From positions 82,956,001 through 83,020,000 of the forward strand of contig OX597826.1 of NCBI GenBank assembly GCA_951406725.2: 64,000 nucleotides of DNA. Direction: 5' to 3'. The stretch comes from Octopus vulgaris. Taxonomy: Eukaryota. The translations under genes were made by a program, and so were the position numbers. The notes below the pieces were generated by a model. The model had not been told where the DNA came from. It worked only from the letters and a program-made list of their open reading frames with translations, and searched no databases. The first letter of the stretch is position 1, and every line of letters begins with the position of its first letter. Of the stretch, positions 56,648 through 64,000 are shown in pieces.

Positions 56648-58029
56648 TCTACCTCAACAGCTTGTTATGTTAATCAATGCCTTCCATCATTGGTCTGTTC
56701 GAGTGAGGTTGCTTTTGGACTAACAAACACACCAACGAGATACAACATATTTTAAATACAGAATCATTTTATTCTGTATTAGACAGTATTTACGATTCCT
56801 TTTGTCATGTGACCAACACTGTATGGAGCCATCTTGTTATTGATTCACTCCATCAGATAAGTTTTTATTCTCCAAGCTATGAATTATTCAATATACTAAA
56901 ATAGTTTATGAAAACAACATCAAGTAGAAATCAGAAATACGAGTCGAATTTGAAGCCAAGAAAATAGTTCTCTAATTTCAGGAAGTTTTGGAAGAATATA
57001 CAAAACCTGTTTGTCTCTGAATCAAGCGATATCACTTTACGTTGTATATCTATTACATATATCTGTATAGTTAAAATATTCGTTTGCAACTACAAGTTTT
57101 CAGGTTCGATACCACTGCGTAATAAAATACCCTAACAAGTTGATCAACACTTTTTTTTTCTTCTTGCTTTTATGAATTTGGAAACGGAATGGAAACTATG
57201 TGAAGCCTCACGTATACTTTAAATGTCTATATCAGTAGAATATCAGAGGTAGACGAGATATCAGGAGCCAAGAAATTCTGCATATATAGAACGACGAACA
57301 TACGGTTGAAGTGTTGGGAATTCAATGCACATCGTCAGTATAAGAGACAGTTACGCTGAAGTAGGTCGAGGAAAATAAAACCAGCCAGGCTGTGTTTCTG
57401 TCCCCCGAAACTACGCAAGATGGGCATCCATAGCAGACCAACATTCATTCATGTGACTATGTGACATTAATGGTTGTCTTTGGTGTCTAGGCTATGTAAA
57501 GTTATGGGGAGCAGAACATACTCGGTAGCATAGCAAGCTGCTTGTTGGTGTACTAAACTTTTCGTACCTGTGACACGCTGGTGTTGACTGAGAATTTTCA
57601 TAAGGGTCTGCGTGTCTGAGGAATACTCAACCAGACATTCGCTAATTTATTGAGCATGGAATTCATAACAGAATCCTTAATCATAACAGAATCGTAACAG
57701 GCTCTTAACAGAATCCTTAATCCTTATCGCCCGGTATACGTATCTGTGTGTGTGTTTTTGTGTGTGTGTGTTTGTCTGTCTGTATTTGTGTGTGTGTGTG
57801 TGTGTTTGTGCGTGTGTATAAATGTATTTATATAAGTTTAGTAATAAAAATGAGAAGATAGAACTCAAAATATTGGTTTCAAATTCTGGCACAATGCCAG
57901 CAATTGTGGAAGAGGGTGCAAGCCGATAACATTGGCCCCAGGTTTCAACTAGTACTTGATTTTATCGATTCGAAAGGATGAAAGTCATAGTGAACCACGG
58001 AAGTCAGAACATAAATTCGGACGAAATGC

Positions 58030-58750
58030 CCCTGGGGCCGCAGGGAGGAGCAAGAGAAGGCGATAACAGCCGAGCGAAGTGTTTATATCGCGCCTACAAG
58101 ATGCTGTCATCAATAAAATCCAATGGGTGATGCATCAACATTGGCAGAGAAAAACTATGCTACATGGACTTTGCAGATGATATCTGCTTGACTTCTCATG
58201 CATCTAAGGAAATGGAAGAATTAGCTGGCCGATTTCCACACTAAAATCCAACTTGTCGGCTTCAACATAAACCTTAAAAAGGTTACTGCTGCCAGTAACT
58301 GTCACCATAAACAGCAAGACCGTACACGAGGTAGACAGCTACGTCTATCAGGGAATATAGTGACGGAAAATGGAATCCTCCTCCCGGAAATAAGAGAAGA
58401 AAAGCTGGGTGACCTTTAGGAAGGCAGAAAACCCCACGAGAAGTCTCAAGGCTTCGATGAAAATTAAAAGGAAGAATTTCAACGAATATATCGTGCCAAT
58501 AGTGATTTTAAGCAATGAAACATGGACTCTCAACAGTAGCATCACGAACGCCCTGATTTTAGCTCAACGGAAAAGATAACGAATCATGTCCGGTATTACA
58601 TTGTCGGACGAGAAAACTAATGCCTGGATTCGAGATCAGACGAAAGTCAATGATATTCTAGGAATCATCAAGGAGAATAAAATTTTGCTGGGCTGGCCAC
58701 ATCCTACGACCCAAGGACAACAGGGGTGCAATCAGGGTGACGGGATAGGA
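58030..58750 (+). mobile_element. RTE-clade LINE RT/C-terminal fragment
   Basis: GAREGD, MDFADDICL, YVYQG, ETWTL, GITLSDEKTNAWIRDQTKVNDIL..WAGH-like. Confidence 0.75.
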
Positions 58751-59356
58751 TACTGGATATACATATATGTGTGTGTGTGTGTGTATGTATGTGTGCATAT
58801 ATATACATACACACGTGCATATATACATACGTATATGCGTGTGTGTGTCTATGTATATGTATAGATATTGTTTATTTTTAATTGGTTGATATTACGAAGT
58901 GATCCATGGACCAAGATTTACACTCATTGGCAATTCTTAAAAGGGATCAGGGCCACTACATGAAACTCTCTGCGCTTGAATCATTTATTCAATTTGTAAC
59001 TTCTGTCGATTAAATAATATATAAAATTTGTATATTCGCACACACACACACATAGACACAACCATCATTAACTGCGTGGGTTCCTTCTCATGCTCAAGAA
59101 TTTCAATTTCCCTCTGTTGAAAGAAAGAGATATCAGCAGAAAGAAACACCAGTAGCTTGCTTTATAATTGGATTACAACGACTGAAGAATGTGACCCGCA
59201 GAAGAATATGAAAGGCGCCTAGTTAAACAGTACCCCGACCGCTTCCTACTTAGATTCATTAGACCGCGTGAACTGCCACCCCGACGAACGTACCACCATT
59301 ACATACATATTTATGTGTGTATTTATATGTGTATATATGTATTTCTGTATGTATGC

Positions 59357-59392
<36 letters not shown>

Positions 59393-59424
59393 TTATATAT
59401 ACATGTATATATACATGTATATAC

Positions 59425-59463
<39 letters not shown>

Positions 59464-59703
59464 AACATATATATATTTACATATATATATATATATATAT
59501 ACATATATACAAACACACACATATTTATATATAAACATATAATTACACATACATATATACATATATCCATGAGGTATTGTCTGATGTATACTAATGATAT
59601 AAACATTTTTTAATCCAAAATAATGTAAGTTATGAAAAAATAAACGCTACCAACCATTGAGTTGTATTGTTGATTTTTTTTTTGTTAACTTCCATTGTCT
59701 TGG

Positions 59704-59767
<64 letters not shown>

Positions 59768-59772
59768 GAAGG

Positions 59773-59823
59773 AGCTTCTACAGGACTAGAACGGTTTCAT
59801 TCAAGAGAAATCTTCAGGAAGCT
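59773..59823 (-). ncRNA. Type I hammerhead-like motif in a ~140-bp TA-flanked insert
   Basis: Minus strand AGCTTC-CTGAAGA-T-TTC-TCTT-GAA-T-GAAAC..GTA^GAAGCT. Stem I is a perfect 6 bp; the stem II closing pair is a U-U mismatch. Confidence 0.65.
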
Positions 59824-59901
59824 TATATAATAAATTAATTTTACTCTGCTATGTATTGAGTACCTTATTTACTGTGGTTAACCCCGAATCAACCTGGGAC
59901 C

Positions 59902-59945
<44 letters not shown>

Positions 59946-59948
59946 AAC

Positions 59949-59994
<46 letters not shown>

Positions 59995-60500
59995 GTTTAT
60001 ATATATGTATATATTTATAGAGTGGGTGAGAGCAAAATAATATATAACACACAGTGGTGCTCAAAAGAATGCGAACATAAATTCTAACTTCGTCATCCAT
60101 ACTCAGGTCTACGACCATAAGAGCAGTCCTAATCGAGCTATTATGGAAGTAATAAGATGGGTGTGCCAATCTGCTCTTGAAAAAGTAATCTTAACCATTT
60201 CATCTGCACTTGTCACGTATGACTCAATATATACGCCACCTGCAAATATGGCTGTTATGTAACATTGGTGCTAGAAACAGGTTTCGAGATAAAACAACAT
60301 ATTTTCATTATATATATATATATATATATAGGTTATAAAATGAGATAGGGGTTGAAAATTCAACCCACCATGGGATAATATATATCCAATATACTGCCAG
60401 ATAGGTACCCAACAAGATTAATACATAGATGTTAAAAATTGTCAAACAATCAGTTCATCAAATGTATTATATGGGTAAAGGTAATAATATTACCGTAAAT

Positions 60501-60891
60501 TAATACTACAAAATTAGAGAATGGAGAAACATACTTAAATCAATAAAACATCAACTATCCGATGATACCCAATCAATATTTTAATACACCATTACATATG
60601 AGTAGAGGCATTATACAAAAAGAGATATACATTAATAGTAAAAAGATAAAGAGATATAAGTAAAAAATTTCAAATATAATATGCAATTAATCAAAACTGA
60701 CAGCTGTTTCGGCAGTGAGGGCAGTCATACCTCATTTAACCTATAAGCCATAAAGGCAGGTATAAATGAGGCATTAACAAGGATGCCCCACGGCCTCTTC
60801 AGAGAATTAAATTAAATTTGTTATAATTGTGAAAAATATTATATAATCATATACATATAAATATAAAAATATAAAAATGTAAAATATAAAA
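60501..60891. repeat. Left arm of 391-bp inverted repeat
   Basis: Reverse complement of 63416-63806; only 2 mismatches found by eye. Confidence 0.95.
60685..60812 (-). ncRNA. Type I hammerhead ribozyme with extended stem II (sense to the GIY-YIG ORF)
   Basis: Reverse-complement copy of 63495-63622; predicted cut 3' of C at 60699 on the minus strand. Confidence 0.8.
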
Positions 60892-61139
60892 ACTTATACA
60901 TCATAATGCTACACTTATATAACATAATACACATTGGTACAATAAAGGAAGGTAAACAGAACAAAATAAAACAAAATATATATCAGTGTATATATTAATA
61001 TTAATAAGTACCGATATTATACATATTTGGCTAATATTTTTTTTAAAAAAACCTAACACATAGGGAGATGAAAAATAATAATTAAAACCATGGTTCAGTT
61101 CATAAAATTCTAAAGCTATAAAAGTTAATAAAAATTACT

Positions 61140-61212
<73 letters not shown>

Positions 61213-62905
61213 GATACAGTTAAGTTTGCACAAAGTCCATCCTTTCAAGAACGAAATAACTATGAGTTTAGAAATGCTGACCAGTAGGTAAAGAAAATTT
61301 AGATTAATTCGATTGGCTATTGGTTTGAAATTTAAATCACAAAAGAAAATTATACGGTTGGTTAGTCAAGGAACGCCAATATTCACACACGCATCTACAG
61401 ATCAATCGCACATACACACATAGTTATATGTATATACATACACTTATACGCATACATAATCACAAGCAACAACTAGCACATAGATAAACAAAAAGGGAAG
61501 CAACTATGCTACCATTTAGTCCTTCAAAATTATAACTGTGCCTCAAATACCGAAAAAGAACCATCCATGCCTTTCATAAAATATTTAATTTAGATATAAA
61601 TATATTTTTAAATATCAGTATGTTACTAAGTCAGATAATTATTTCATGGGTAACTTAAAATTTATAACACCGGTTTGTTGCATAGTAAACATACGGTTGT
61701 TAGATTTATCGTAAGTTTGTTATGATTCCAAGTACGCTAAAATATAAAATAAAAAATATAAAATATATATTAATTTATATATTATAAATAAATCACATAT
61801 TTACTTAATAAATTTAATGCCATAATATACCAGTTTAGGTATTAAAAAATAGAAGGGGAAGTACTAATGTAAACGCTTATGAGAACATCACAGAAATTTT
61901 TAAAAATTTATATTATAAATACTTAAGATAAAATGCGATAAAATAAATAAGAAGGAATAAACACGAAGGAATAAATACGGTTATACACATATTATAAGTA
62001 CAAACCAGTATATATGTATACATATATTATTAAAATTTAAATAAAAATAAATGATAGATATGTATGTATAAAACTACCCTAGTATAAGTAAATAAGTAAA
62101 AAATAAATAGATAACAAATTAGATGACTTGATATGTATGTAAACATCTACACTTAAATAGGCAAATAAATAAATAATTAGAAGACTAAATGCAGAGATTG
62201 ATAACAATACAATAAAATAAAAAATAAATAAAGTGAATATATATGTTATATTGTTGAAGGTAAATATGTATGGAAGGATAATTTAAAGTACAGATCCAGA
62301 GGACTATAGATATAAACTAAATATATAAGGCTGGTAATATTTATAAAGCCAAATGTATGTAAATGAAAAAATGAAAAAAATGAAAAAATGAAAAAGGTTT
62401 ATTAGTAAATAGCATAAGATACAAATTAAGGTGAGTACAAAGAAAGACCAAATATACAATAAAAACCTTCCAAATAAACACATACAAAAAACCTATATTC
62501 TCAACCTAAACACACCAAACTCATAAAAGGCTCTCCTATATTACATATTATACAATAACATTACATTATCTAGAGCTAGGTATCTAACCAAGATATACAT
62601 ATATACTATGCAATATACTATGCAATATTAGAAAACTTCAAAAATCACATATTACAAGGCAAATACCAAAATGAATATGTTATTTCCTGTCATATTACAT
62701 TTACCTTAAAAAACAAACAAAAACCCACATACAAAAACAAGAAACAAATAATACTAGACACATCTATTATTATTATACAAATGTAGCTATAAAAATTATA
62801 AAATTATAAATTTATAAGTTGTATACTTTAGAATTATAGAAGACCACAGGTATAGTTAGTTAAAGAAGGGAGTTAAAAAATTAATAATAGTGGAAGTGCT
62901 AAGTT

Positions 62906-63415
62906 CTATTTGAATCTAGAAAAGGTGAACGGTAGCCTATGAATGCAAAAGAAGTTTTTTTCATTAATGTTGTTAATAATTTGCCGACCCGCTTTAATAA
63001 TGAAAAAAATTTCATTAATACATAGAGAGCATTTTTTATTTTTTCCATTATACACAGGTGCTGAAGTTAGTATTTTCCAGTTTAATCTAAAATCCAAGTT
63101 CTTACTTTTAAGTTCCCAAATATATGCACTAAGCCCTGTAGAGTACATTCTATTTTTATTTCTAAAAGTATATCTGTGATAATTCAATCTTTGTTTTATG
63201 CTATTCATAGTTGCCCCGATATACACCCTACTACTCAATTGTGTATCTACAGTGCATTGGTAAACTACCTCCTTCCTGAGGCATTGATTACCAAATACAC
63301 ATTTATTTTTGTTTCTGCAATTACAAAGATTAACAGAATGAGGAAATCTAAGATTGGTCTCCACCCCTATACTACCATTCACATTATAAGTGTTACAATT
63401 GTTATCATCATCCAA
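62906..63415 (-). CDS. GIY-YIG endonuclease domain of a Penelope-like element; open frame, probably 5'-truncated
   Basis: CNCR..C.FGNQCL..EVVYQC...YIGAT..IKQRLNYH...TGLSAYIWELK...W.IL...Y....CSLCINE..I...IINN..E...CIHR. The called start is a TTG exactly at the inverted-repeat junction. Confidence 0.85.
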   Translation of the reverse strand: MDDDNNCNTYNVNGSIGVETNLRFPHSVNLCNCRNKNKCVFGNQCLRKEVVYQCTVDTQLSSRVYIGATMNSIKQRLNYHRYTFRNKNRMYSTGLSAYIWELKSKNLDFRLNWKILTSAPVYNGKNKKCSLCINEIFFIIKAGRQIINNINEKNFFCIHRLPFTFSRFK

Positions 63416-63801
63416 TTTTATATTTTACATCTTTATATTTTTATATTTATATGTATATGATTATATAATATTTTTCACAATTATAACAAATTTAATTTAA
63501 TTCTCTGAAGAGGCCGTGGGGCATCCTTGTTAATGCCTCATTTATACCTGCCTTTATGGCTTATAGGTTAAATGAGGTATGACTGCCCTCACTGCCGAAA
63601 CAGCTGTCAGTTTTGATTAATTGCATATTATATTTGAAATTTTTTACTTATATCTCTTTATCTTTTTACTATTAATGTATATCTCTTTTTGTATAATGCC
63701 TCTACTCATATGTAATGGTGTATTAAAGTATTGATTGGGTATCATCGGATAGTTGATGTTTTATTGATTTAAGTATGTTTCTCCATTCTCTAATTTTGTA
63801 G

Positions 63802-63806
<5 letters not shown>
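63416..63806. repeat. Right arm of 391-bp inverted repeat
   Basis: Reverse complement of 60501-60891. Confidence 0.95.
63495..63622 (+). ncRNA. Type I hammerhead ribozyme with extended stem II
   Basis: CT-CTGAAGA(63505-63511)-GGCCGTGGGGCA..ATGCCTCATTTA..TAAATGAGGTAT..TGCCCTCACTGCC-GAAAC(63597-63601)-AGCT-GTC^AG; palindromic ACAGCTGT stem III. Confidence 0.8.
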
Positions 63807-63848
<42 letters not shown>

Positions 63849-64000
63849 AGTTTCAGCTTACAGCTGAAAATATGTTGTTTTATCTCGAAACCTGTTTTTA
63901 GAACCAAATATATACGTTCTTATTATTATTTTGCAATTTACTTAATCATCGGTATATTATTGTTATTTTAATTTAAATATTTCTATTATATGTAATTTTC

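Larger units (their letters stand above)
60331..63806 (-). mobile_element. Young Penelope-like element (Nematis-type endonuclease), RT absent, with inverted pLTR, inserted in (TA)n
   Basis: GIY-YIG ORF, 391-bp inverted repeat, hammerheads, and (TA)n on both flanks. Confidence 0.85.

Noticed and set aside
57662-57727. Short repeats of TAACAGAATCCTTAATC with variable spacers, superficially CRISPR-like
   Set aside because: Only 3-4 irregular units from local slippage; eukaryotic context and no cas genes
843-59613. Numerous ORFs of YI/CV/HT/MYVC/LS repeats (e.g. 843-1115, 15363-15791, 34398-35333, 59259-59606)
   Set aside because: They are translations of microsatellites that happen to lack stop codons; no coding signal
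63865-63900. CTGAAAA..CTCGAAAC as another hammerhead
   Set aside because: The core lacks the conserved GA, stem II does not pair, and there is no proper stem III/UH site

Overview
This is AT-rich, microsatellite-dense eukaryotic DNA. The tRNA-derived SINE families and repeat landscape look like an octopus/coleoid cephalopod genome (inferred, not verified). I cannot support any intact host protein-coding gene, and most listed ORFs are microsatellite artefacts. The window is mostly decayed transposons: Helitron, Tx1-, RTE-, CR1/Jockey-, CRE- and R4-type LINEs, hAT, two full-length mariners, MITEs and SINEs. There is also one likely Pol II promoter near 44.4 kb. The most interesting signal is a set of hammerhead-ribozyme-bearing modules, mostly sitting in or beside (TA)n tracts. 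(i) A young ~3.5 kb Penelope-like element (60331-63806) has an uninterrupted GIY-YIG endonuclease frame enclosed by a near-perfect 391-bp inverted repeat, and each arm carries an extended-stem-II hammerhead. (ii) A ~280-bp element at 11.25-11.53 kb has one CUGAUGA core that can fold with either of two GAAAC..GUC halves. (iii) A tRNA-headed SINE carries a hammerhead. (iv) Further small or degenerate hammerheads lie at 59.8 kb and 55.7 kb. All RNA folds were made by eye, and no ribozyme activity has been tested.
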